From Thalia democratica (taxonomy: Eukaryota), in the NCBI GenBank assembly GCA_965202585.1, contig OZ241827.1, forward strand, positions 67,518,001 through 67,582,000: a DNA stretch of 64,000 bases. The letters run 5' to 3'. Position numbers and translations under genes: made by a program. Under the pieces are notes generated by a model. The model made no database searches, had not been told where the DNA came from, and saw only the letters and a program-made list of their open reading frames with translations. The stretch's first letter is position 1. Each line of letters opens with the position of its first letter. Positions 38,501-48,951 of this stretch are shown piece after piece.

Positions 38501-41500
38501 TTTACAGATTCCATGTTTAGTATCCTAAATATACCAAATACTATATTTTACTTTTACTACTACGAATAGCTTTTTTTATTTTCGATATTTTGCAATAAAC
38601 AAAAGTTTCATTGATTCGTGTTAAATTTGGAACTAATGAAATATTTTTTTAATATTGTATTATTTTTTTACTATATATTGTAAAAGATGGTCACTATACT
38701 AAACAATTTACACATGACACAGATTTTTAAATGAAAAAAGTTTAGCTGTCAATTTTTTACCTTTGTACAATTGAAAGTTCATTGCATAATCTGTTGAGTT
38801 TATGATGTAACGTGTTTTTCAATTAAAACTAACCCTAACACTGTATAATGTTGTCGATATTTAACTTTAATATATTATCTAATTTGTATCCCAAACAATA
38901 TTTTACCATAATGTGTTTATATTATAAGTTTTCATTTTTACAAAACAAATAAAGAGATCTCAACTACTAGAGGAGAAATAATATATTTATTCTTTCAAGA
39001 CTTTGTTATGCAAACCAAGTTTCGGTCAAAGAGCTCGTAAGTGCTTAAATTAAAAATTTTATTCAAATTGATTTCTAATATTCTTAAAAATTTTTTTATT
39101 ATATTTTAAGCACTGACGAGGTCTTTGACCGAAACTTAGTTTGCATAGTAAAGTCTTGAAAGAACAAATACGTTGTGTGACATGATTGTTTTTTAATTAT
39201 ATTTAACCCACCACAATTTTCTTTGACTGTGTTTTACAATATTACAATAAATTTAATTGTTTTTGTATTAATAATAATACAATCAATTGAATTTAACATT
39301 TTCTCACAGTTGCACAAAAGTTCCAAGAGAAATTCAACGAGGGCAGAGAACTCAACAAAGTTGTCATGGCAGGTTAATAATTTATCATTTTATTTATCAT
39401 TACATGTTTATTATCAACTTATAGGTTAAAGTATCATGTGTTTTTCACTTAAGTTTATTAAATTTATTTATTATTTAATTAAAAATATTATTAAAATGTA
39501 GAATATATACCTAGCATGTGGCAGGTTAAAAAAAAACTTTTATATCTTTTGAAACATGTTTTGAATCAGTTTATTAGTTTAGTTTGTTATTTAAACTACT
39601 TATTTGGATTCCAGGGTCCAGACCATAATAAAATAATAAGGTAAAGAGCTGTAGTATTAGATATAGATATAATAAGGTAATAGTGAAGTTCCAGTTAAGT
39701 TTTTGAATTATTTTTTCTTACTTATTTCTTCACTACTAACTTTAGTTCCCTATAAATTTATAACTAATTATAAAGAGATAAGTTAAAATTTACTTATGAG
39801 TCTTTTTTGTCAAACTAGATCAATATTATTTTTAATGAGAATTCAATTAATGAGGAGTGATGTATTAATTTTTCAAACACTTGTTTTAAGCTGTTCAAAC
39901 TTTTAATTCAATACCTTGAACATAATTTACCTTATTTTCTAGCATTGCTTTTTTTATAACTTTTTATGTTATCACTTATTAATTTACTCTGTACAGAAAT
40001 TCTAATTCTATTTTAGGCATAAACTAGTTTTCATTGTGGTAGAATAACGTTTGGTTAAACAAATCCTTACTACTCATTGATCCTAGCTGTATAATATGTT
40101 GTATGTTTACTCAAAAATACACATTGTTATTAGCATTAGTTGACATTTCCTTATAACCTCGTGGCCAAATATAAATATTTTCAAAGCTGATCAATGTTAT
40201 CTAAAGTTTTTCAAGTTTTTCTTCATCTAAAGCAGGGGTTCCTTAACTTTTTTTGCAAATGGTCCACTTAAAAGAAATTATAAAAGCCATGACCCCCTTC
40301 AACAAGATTACTCAAAAACTACCATAAAAAACACCTAAGCCTTTTTTAATGCTCTTCATCTGCTTCTCGAGAATATCTAGTGTTAGTTTCAAATTGTTAC
40401 CTCAGGCCCCATGTGGCCCTTTACCGCTCATGGCCCCCCTCTTACCCCTTTGCTGCTCGTGGCCCCCTGAGTATCTGCCATGGCCTTATTTGGAAAACGT
40501 TGATCTAAAGGTTGTAAAGCAGGGTTTGAAACTCATTATCTTAAACTCCAAAACTTCAGAAAATTAAAAAATGATCGCCTCGACACATTACAAACCCAAA
40601 AATATTTAAAGTAGGTTTTGAAATTTTTTTATAAAAATTTATCCAAATATACCCTTCCAGCTCCTTTACAAATACCCTTCGCCTCCTTACTTTCTAAGAT
40701 ATGCCTTACTAAGTCGGGGTATATGGCCGACTATGTGAAACCCAGTTGTAAAGCTTATACTTTTTCACTTAATTATAGTTTTCAACGCATGATAGTATTA
40801 ATCATTAAAAAAGAAAAGAAAACAAATCAAACAGAAACAAGAGAAGGTGATTGAGATTTAAAAAAATAAAAACCTATAAACATCAAATATAAATTTAACA
40901 ACATAAGTATATAAATTTTTCAACACAGAAGCGAGGGAGAGGGTTATTGAGAAACTGAACAACTTGAAAGTGGTTGATGAGAACGGTGCTGATGTGGAAG
41001 GTGAAGACGATAAAGAGGCGAATGGAGAAGAAAGCAAAGAGGAGGCACCCGAGGAAAAAGGTAACAACTTGAAATTAATTAAATACAAATATTTTGAGTT
41101 TGATAAAATTTTTTGAACTAATCAAGGTTTGTTTAGTTAAGTTTTGAGAACTAAAAATTAAAAATATTAGATAAAAAACGTACGGTTCAATAATAAAGTA
41201 CTTAGCTTCGAAATAAAACAATATATTATAGTATACGACGAAAAAGGTAAAAAGTTTTAATTAATCAAATTCAAATAATTTGAATTAATATAAAATTTTA
41301 ACATTCAAAAATTAAAACATTTAATTTTGTAAAAACTAGCTGGTTTAAAAAGAATAAAAGCAAATATTTAGGATAAAGTTTAGACAAGTTAATTCTTCTA
41401 GTGTTGTGTTGTTATAAAATAACTCTTTTGTTAATTTAAACAATTTTTTTACTTAACAATATTTTTTTATTTAAACCTTCTGGTATTTATATTTTTAATA

Positions 41501-42028
41501 AACAACATTAATTAATGAAAATGTTATTTGTAAAACTAAGTTTCACACTTAAAGGATCTTCAGTTACAATTTAAAGCTTATTCAAATAGAAGTTATTTCT
41601 ATTTGAATAAGATTTATATTTTGTTTTTATTTTTTTAATTTTTTTAAATTAAAGTTATTGCTATTTGAATAAGTTTTAATTGTAACTGAAGACCCCTTGA
41701 AGGGTGAAACTTAGTTTTACAAATAACATTTTCATTAATTAATGTTGTATACTTGTCTCCTTATTTCAAATAAGTTAAGAACTATTTTCGTTCAATTTAG
41801 AACCTCAAATATAAATCTATATTTTTAATACTTAAACTATATATTCTTCTAGCTGAAGACCAGAAGGAAGCATCCGAAGAGAAACCCGAATCTCCGGAAG
41901 TTGCCAAGGAATCTCCTGAGGTTGCCAAGGAAACGGGTTCCGGGGAGCAAGCCGGTGAATCCCCTAAAGTAGAAGCTGCTGCAGAACCCAAAAAGGAGGA
42001 GTCCAGGGTAGACTCGCCCGAAAAATAA
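32523..42028 (+). CDS. RANBP1: RanBP1-domain protein (Ran-specific GTPase-activating protein-like), 7 coding exons, 250 aa, with acidic C-terminal tail
   Basis: Exons 32523-32534 (MAEA), 33442-33518 (..[10 protein letters not shown]), 34688-34839 ([50 protein letters not shown]), 37895-38035 ([38 protein letters not shown]), 39310-39372 ([12 protein letters not shown]), 40929-41060, 41853-42028 (TAA). All phases are compatible, total 753 nt with no internal stop; RanBD motifs RAKL.R, EWKERG.GD.K.LKH, R.LMRRD.T.K.C.NH, AW.W and AIRF are present. Confidence 0.88.
34820..35770 (+). repeat. Degenerate ~45-55-bp minisatellite derived from the RanBP1 exon 3 end and splice donor
   Basis: About 15 decayed copies of TGCTGCAACCACTATTGTTAGT; the best are at ~35398 and ~35528-35575, the latter extending to GGAGGGATCAGACACTCAAAATTTG. 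Confidence 0.75.
38989..39163. repeat. Imperfect inverted repeat (~60-bp arms, ~55-nt spacer) in RanBP1 intron 4
   Basis: TTCTTTCAAGAC...GTGCTTAAA (38989-39048) versus TTTAAGCAC...GTCTTGAAAGAA (39104-39163). Confidence 0.9.
39104..39150 (+). ncRNA. Minimal type I hammerhead ribozyme motif
   Basis: CTGACGA 39113-39119; perfect stem II GGTC-TTT-GACC; GAAA 39131-39134; stem III ACT-T-AGT (self-complementary); N17=T (GUU); stem I GCA/TGC. The mirror arm has a mutated core (CTTACGA). Confidence 0.78.
40233..40502. mobile_element. hAT-type MITE in RanBP1 intron 5
   Basis: 8-bp TSD ATCTAAAG (40225-40232, 40503-40510); ends CAGGGGTTCC / GGAAAACGTTG; subterminal GGCCCC motifs. Confidence 0.7.
41502..41748. 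repeat. Imperfect inverted repeat (~88-bp arms, ~70-nt spacer) in RanBP1 intron 6
   Basis: ACAACATTAATTAATGAAAATG...TTATTCAAATAG versus CTATTTGAATAAG...CATTTTCATTAATTAATGTTGT. Confidence 0.9.
41680..41722 (+). ncRNA. Minimal type I hammerhead ribozyme motif (stem II base mismatched)
   Basis: Stem I TTGTAA/TTACAA (6 bp); CTGAAGA 41686-41692; stem II C-CCC-TTGAA-GGG-T; GAAA 41706-41709; stem III ACT-T-AGT; N17=T. The mirror arm retains CTGAAGA and GAAAC. Confidence 0.68.
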
Positions 42029-42340
42029 AACTAATCACTTCAAAAGTTTTACTAGTAAATTTTAAGTTCTTTTTGAGATTTTTATTGGAGAAACATTCGG
42101 AAAATTAAAGTTGTGAACTACCTTAAAAATGACCGTCTAAATTAATTATTTTTGATATAAATTTAAAATATTTTTTTTAATGTTTTACGTTCCGTTTAAA
42201 CTAGTTCAATTTGTGCGTAGGACTGAAGAAAAAATATTCCTTGTTTTAAGTTGTTTTGTAAATAAAATGATAAAAATCTACGATTGTTTTATTGTAATGA
42301 AGTGTTTTTTCACAGCTTTGCTGGTCATAGTGATCTTCAC

Positions 42341-42403
42341 GGTGTGCACAAAATTTGATTTGGTGTGCACAAAATTTGATTTGGGGGTGCATAAAATTAA
42401 TTA
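42341..42403. repeat. ~3 x 21-bp tandem repeat GGTGTGCACAAAATTTGATTT
   Basis: Two perfect units (42341-42382) and one degenerate unit; resembles the subterminal motifs of the Mutator-type MITEs. Confidence 0.85.
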
Positions 42404-44127
42404 TGAAACTCACAGTAGATATTTGTGAAAAAGTTCTCACACAAATTTGAGGGGAAATTTTTAAATTTACGCCAGGTATTACTTTTTTAAGGATTTTTGC
42501 AAAGTTTTGAGATTGGGTGCTAAATTTTTAAAACTCTAGGTATGAAGAGATGTGTAAATCACTGGCTAAAGCGTAAGATTATCAAGCCAAAAGATTGAGA
42601 AATGCTTGAATAGATTATGAGTTATTTCTTAAATTATAATCAAGTTGTAAAGTTTTAAAATATGTATTTACTGGTAATATAAGTATTAAAGTATTTTTAA
42701 AATCAAAACTGATAGCAACTAAAGAGGTCTGATAGTAAAATGACAAAAGAAATAATATGCGTACAGATCTTTTTTATTGAATAATGCACCATGATAATAA
42801 TAACTATTATTTTATTTTTACTGTGATAAGCCAAGTAGTGGCACTAGTGTAAGGATAAGCAACCGTTTTAAATAAAGGGCCGATTTTTATAGAAAAGTTG
42901 CTTACAAACCGCTAACATTTAAATAGGTGGTGTTAAAACAATTAAAAATACTATTTTTTATAATAAAAGGTAAGAGAATACAGCACAGTAATTACTAGCT
43001 TTAAAATAAGATGACAATTTTGTACTAGAAAAACTATTGTTTTTACTGCTTAAAAATAAACGCTTATATCTGAAAAAAAACGTCCGTGCAGAAAATCTTT
43101 GTTTGTCTAGCTTTTCTGTATTTTTTTACCTTAATATGTCTGTAAACTTGAATTTTGTGAAAGTAGTACTAGCATAAGTCCAGTATTAATTACACGATCA
43201 AATGAAGCTCTTTCAATCAATACGATTTTTTCAGCTATCTCTGCTTTTTCAAAAATGTGCACATTAAGAATTATAAGAACTTGAAACATTTTGTTATAAA
43301 TTTATATAATAGTTCTTAACAAAATTCCAACAAATGGTTATTAATACAAAATTTTAGTATAGTAGTGTAACTAAGAGCTATTGTAAAGTAAATTTATTTT
43401 TTAGTGTGTATTGAAAATTTCAGAATTTTCCCCTTTTAACGCATGGAACGTTTTCAATAATTATTAGAATACAGGTTATAGAAAAAAACTGATATATATT
43501 CAAATTTTTTCTAGCTATGGAAATTGTGTATAGCTTTGAATTTATAGAATTCAAGTTTAATAAAATTTAATACTTTTCTAAATAAGTCAATATTATCCAA
43601 AAACTAAAATTTTTGTGTTTGACAAAAAAGTGTTGATTGATTTTAACTTTTTTTCATTGAGCACTTACGAAAAGACGTTAGAAACAGATTTATTAGTTAA
43701 GTCGACATATATTTTAAAGCTTATATAGACAGTTTTTTACAAAAAAAAAAGAACCTTTGTGTTTTAATCAAAATGTTTTACTTCTGGAGATTTATTTAAA
43801 TAGTTTCTACAGCTATTAAAATCGTATCTACCTAACATTTACTTTTGTTTTATAAGTTTACATAAAAATTACAAACTCCTAAATCAAATTCAGCACAATT
43901 TAAGTTTATTATGTGTCGCAAAATTTAAAACATTTTAAAGTTTGTTTTTAAAACTCCATGAAAAATATTCTTAAAAAAAATCTTATCTTTACCTTATATA
44001 ATGATATCTTTATATTGAAAACAAGTCGTATTTTTGTGAGCAGTTTATTAATAATTTCAGAGTCAAATATTTTTATTTATTTAATGCATGTCTTTTAACT
44101 ATTATCAATGACTTCTATTGTTCAAAA

Positions 44128-47100
44128 TTAACAATGGAAGACACATGAGTGGAGTGATGGGGCACAGAGTCTCCAGTTGAGGCAAAGTCTCATGCATGGA
44201 ACCTTGTAGTGGATGTTGATTCTGTGGGTACAGCAGTAGTTGACAATGATTCTTGGGTCCCAGTAAAGATGGAAGTAGTCGTATTTGTCGAGGACCTTTT
44301 GGACCTTTTCCATGACGCAAGCGCAGTAGTGAGTTCTCAAAGTCTTGATCAAATCATGTGGGTTGGTACCGAAAGCACTGTAGAAGAACTTGTCGAATTG
44401 GATCAAGTGACAACGGGCACGCTGCAAATGAAAATAAGTTTTAGAGTTTGTAATTAATCGTTAAGAAACTAGTATAATAATACTTACTTCCTTCAATCTT
44501 TGTTCAAGACAAGCACGAGTGTGATCACGTTTACCGTAAAGGCACTTAGTGAAGATTGAGACCTTTGATTTTCTTGAGACCATGCAAGCTTCCCATTTAG
44601 CCTTGACACTGTAGACCATTTGTTCGGAGCACAATTTCCATTGTTTGATGCGGGCGTCCCATTTTTGGTAGAGGCATTCGACTTGACGGTAGAGTTTGTC
44701 TTTTTGGAGACGGACCCAGACCTTAGCTTGTTCTCTGAGGAGATCATGGAATTGGTCGATTTGAGCTTGAGTTGGGGATCTGTGTTAAAATATTAGTAAA
44801 AATACTAAAACAACTAGTGTAGAGATAAATTTGAGTTAAGATTTAATGTAACAATCATATACCACTTAGTAACCAATTTTTTTTTAATAAAATTGTAAGA
44901 AATATTTTGAATGTGTTGTCTAAAATATCATATAAACAACAATGTTTTTAAAGGAGATACGACAGATTATGTGATTTTAATATATTATCAGTATAAGTTA
45001 CCAACTTGTAGTATCTTGGGTACTTGCACAAGAGGATTTGTTCAAGACCAACCAAAGCTTTACTGCACCATTCATCGATTTGTCTGTGCCATTCAGTGTA
45101 AGCCAAGACGAGTTCTCTGTTGTAACCTTCGAATTTCTTGTTGATTTCGTCGATGTAGAATTGGTAAGGGAAGAGACCTCCAACAATTTGTTCTAAATAT
45201 TTAAGTTGGTTACTTTAAACAAACATTAAATTTAGTTTTGACTCTTTTTATTTTTATTTATGGTTTTTTAAAATAACAAACATTAAATTTTAAAAATATT
45301 TATGCTTAGTTTCTTCTTTTTTACAATAATTTTACCTTTAGCACAGGTCTTGAGGTTTCTGTAACCGCAGTGGTTCCAGTCGGCCTTGAAAGCACTGACA
45401 CCGCAAAGTCCGAATTTGGTTGATGGGGCACATGGCAAACGGACACTGGAAGAAGTTATTGTATTAGAAACATTAAAAAAAAATAAATATGTTTACAATG
45501 TAACAAATTTTACCATGATCTTCTGCGGTGCATTCTTGACAAACCGTAGCAGTTGCCTCTGAAGTAGACTTTGTAGAAACATCTGTAGTCGCATTCGATG
45601 GTGTAGACGGCTCTGTAGACTTCGTTGTAGAATCCTTGAACCAAAACTTGGTTGTAACGGACCATTTCTTCGCTCCAGTGAGTGATGACTTCTTCGAAGT
45701 TTTCTGGCATAGCTTTACCGGCTGTCAAAAAAAAAGTTAGATTATACTTGTAAGCAAGCATAATTATCTTATTTTATAAAATTTACCGTAAAGACAGGTG
45801 AAGATGTTTCTGACGAAAGCGATCTTTCTCAAACGAAGTTTTTCAAGAGCTTCCTTGTAGCAAGCGATCATTCTGTCGGCTTTTTTGTACAATCTGTCGT
45901 GGAAACAGGTGACACGGGTCTTACGGGTGGCAAGAGCTTGTCTGAATCTGTAGTTTTTATTGGTTTTAGTAACATTTTGTTTATTTTAATACAATCAACT
46001 GATGTAAAATACTCACTGAGCAATGATTTGGTTGTGGAAGTGTTCGATTCTGAGCATGAATGAGTGAATTTGGTTGATGTAGCGGCCTTCGGCTTGTTTC
46101 TTGAGAGATTCAAGTTCAGCTTTGTAAGCACCGACTCTTTGTTCGTACATGTTCATGGTGTAAGCTTGGTAAGCACGACGGAAGTATTCTCTGAAGATTT
46201 CAACGTAGTATTTGTTGACTTCGCAGACTTGTTTTTTCCATTGTTGCATTTGAGCGAAGAGGTCCAATTGGATCTTGGCTCTGGCTTCGGTGAGCTTTTC
46301 GACCATTTCGTTGACACGAGTATCGGCTTGGTCCTCTGAGATAATAATATATTTTAAATGATGGTTATGTTAATCATATAGGTATAGATCGTTCATTATT
46401 TAAGTAAAAACAGCAAACAAATTAAACTTGCAGTATATAACTAAAAGTATTATTTTAAAAGAGGTTTGATCTGAATACTATTTAGTAACGCTGTTTAAAA
46501 ATAAGAACCTTAATTTTGAAGTTTTATAAATCAAACGTTTTTATTAACACAGTTTGTTGCTATAACTTAAACTCTTAGTTTAAATGTAAACCTATTTAAT
46601 TAAACATTTAGTCTATTATTATCTTGTGTGATTTTAAAAACAACATTTAAATTTCGTATAGCTTTAGAACTAACCGGCTTCACAACCCTTTGGAATAAAG
46701 CATTTTGGGAATTCAACAAGGATGTCTCTGTAGTAAGCACCGGTACACCAAGCGTGGTTGAAGTGAATTCTGTAGCAGTAGTAGCTGTTTCTGGGCAACA
46801 CATGGAAGTTGTGAGCGCACCAGTAATCGTATGATGGGCAGCTAAAAGTAGCGGCTTGGGCAGCCTGTAAATTAAGTTTATATTTAAAGTAGCTAGCAGT
46901 AAGTTTCTACAGTTAGACAACTAAATATCAAAAAAAATACAAATATTATTATTTTACCTTTTATTTGAATTTATTAACTAAAAACATTATCCTATTCAAA
47001 AGTGATACAGTAAAAAAAAGTTAACAATAAGATTTAAAACATAAGCTATCATTAGTTAAATTTGAAATTCTAATTAAAATCAGCTAAAATGTTACACTCT

Positions 47101-47170
47101 AAATGCTTTGTTTGAACATATAGTTTAAACTTACAACAATGCATGCCAAGAAGGCAACGACGAATTTCAT
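44128..47170 (-). CDS. Ends1-like: Secreted 598-aa Cys/Tyr-rich alpha-helical protein, copy A; resembles ascidian endostyle-specific Ends1/Ends2 proteins
   Basis: Nine exons: 47170-47135, 46864-46675, 46335-46017, 45947-45787, 45721-45514, 45445-45336, 45192-45006, 44779-44488, 44421-44128 (1797 nt, all GT-AG, phases compatible, no stop). Signal peptide MKFVVAFLACIVAAQA; strong C-ending codon bias. The family name comes from recalled similarity (YRC.YK.YF..C, LKTC, W.P.I..NY.C motifs), not from a search; the gene structure is more certain than the name. Confidence 0.85.
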
Positions 47171-47213
47171 TTTTATTGATTGTCTGTATACCAAACACTC
47201 AATATCAATGTGT

Positions 47214-47244
47214 ACTGTTAGTTAAAAATCTAACCCATTTATAC
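47214..47244 (-). promoter_or_regulatory. TATA box and initiator of copy A
   Basis: TATAAAA (47244-47238) lies 28 nt upstream of an ACAGT initiator-like motif (A at 47216); the same arrangement is conserved in copy B. Confidence 0.7.
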
Positions 47245-48545
47245 GACTCTTATAGCAACAAATTACTTGTACAAACAAGTTTAATTGCATGAAAAACTAT
47301 ACTTGAACATTAAGTTAAAACAACATACTCAAGTGGTTTATTATTTCAATTTGTTTAAAAGCTTGTTTCAATGATACTGATTGGTATATAATTTATTAAA
47401 GTGTGTTTTATTCGTTGATAGTTGATGTTTAAAAAAAAACTTTTATGTAATATAGTACTTATTGGTCATTAAGTAGTTTGTTTTTACATTTCTAATTTGA
47501 TGGATCATAATTACTCAATCTATCTAATATAATGAATAAATAGATAAATTACTTTTACTGCTTGTCTATTTTCTATTCATTTTAAACTAAAAACAAAAAT
47601 TTCTTATTGTGGAAAATAGCTTTAATTAAAAATTTTTTTTGATATTTAATTTTATTTAAGCTTAAATTTTAATACTTCTATAGAATCTATTTATTTTTTT
47701 TTCAACTAAGTTTGTTAATTTATATTATAAGGTCGTAGATAAATGCTGTTACAAATTGATTTTATCAACAAAGTGTGTTTAGATGTAATCTTTTTAAAGA
47801 AACACATTTTTTTATAACCTAAGTTGCAAAAACTGTTTTTATTTTAAAGCTAAATAAAACTCTACAAAAATTAAACCCATATGAGTAATATTTTGTAATT
47901 AAACTTGCTGCGAGTTAAAGTTATTAAGTTTATTATCTTTATCTAATGTTTATTTCAAACCAGCTTTTGTGTACTAAATTTATGATGTTTGTTCATTTTA
48001 GAATAGCTTATAACAGGTAATTTTTAAGTTACCAACTCTTTTTTGGAATAACAGACAGATAAAAAGTTTATTTTTAATTTACTCAAGTTTTTGAACATCA
48101 TTTGTATTAATAAAAAGGAGTCTTTAAATTATCTTACATTATAAAAGTTTTTAACTAATAGCTTAAATAAGAAATATTATTTACAACTATAGCTTTCCTT
48201 AGCTACTATTTTGATTAACTTAATTTTTTTCATAAGTTAATAAAATAATAAACTAAAATATGACAAAAATCAAGTTAAGCTTTAAATTATATATGTGTTG
48301 AATAAAAATTAATAGTTTTAAAACTATTTAAAAAGTGATGTGAAAATTTTATTTATTTAACAAGTTATCTAGTAAACAAATTTAAGTTTTCAAACATGCT
48401 TATGTTTAGTTAAACTAATTTTCTTTTCATGAATTAAAACTCCAGAACAGGGGCCAGCAAACTGCGGTCCGCAAGCATGCAGATGTGACCCGGGATAATA
48501 AGTTTTTGAAACTTGCTAAATTCTTGAGCTTTATACTATATAACT

Positions 48546-48951
48546 GGGACACGTTCAAAATCCACCCGATCTAAATCCACCCAGTCAAATTCGAGAGCCG
48601 CTTACCGACTGAGGGTAAGGGTTAGGGGTAACAGTGATAGTGAAAAATAAGTTTGTAAAAAATGCAAAGAATATATAAAATAAATTAGGTATATGCAAGG
48701 ACTATTCCTTGGGCACAACAGATCTCAACAAATTTAATTTCGGAGACAAAGTTAATGTTAAATTTATTTACACTATTATATATTTTTAGTTATCCATCGT
48801 CTTATTTTTGTTTTTATTTTATTTTGCAAGAGTGAAGATCCCTTAGGGGTTAAACATTGTTGCCTTAGTGTAGATAAATAAATTTAATATTAAAATAAAT
48901 TAATGAACAATGAAAAAAAATATATAATCGGATGGATTTTGAACGTGTCCT
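48546..48951. mobile_element. Mutator-type MITE (GGGACACGTTCAAAATCC TIR), nested in an older CAGGGGCCAGCAAAC element starting at 48448
   Basis: TIRs GGGACACGTTCAAAATCCA / TGGATTTTGAACGTGTCC; internal GAGGGTAAGGGTTAGGGGTAACAGTGATAG is the reverse complement of the motif in 7594-8256. Confidence 0.75.

Noticed and set aside
41853-41875. CTGAAGA at the start of the last RanBP1 exon as another hammerhead core
   Set aside because: There is no stem II or GAAA(C) at a suitable distance; it is ordinary coding sequence (A-E-D).
45002-45006. Donor after AAGTTG (GTAACT) for exon 7
   Set aside because: It gives phase 0 and an immediate stop in exon 8; the upstream donor AA|GTTGGT gives the required phase 2 in both copies.
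44105-46834. ORF-track ORFs such as 44105-44320(-), 44209-44457(+), 44493-44747(-), 44911-45144(+), 46064-46339(+), 46600-46920(-), 46628-46834(+) and their copy-B equivalents
   Set aside because: They are alternative-frame or antisense shadows of real exons; only one phase-consistent spliced frame gives the 598-aa protein.
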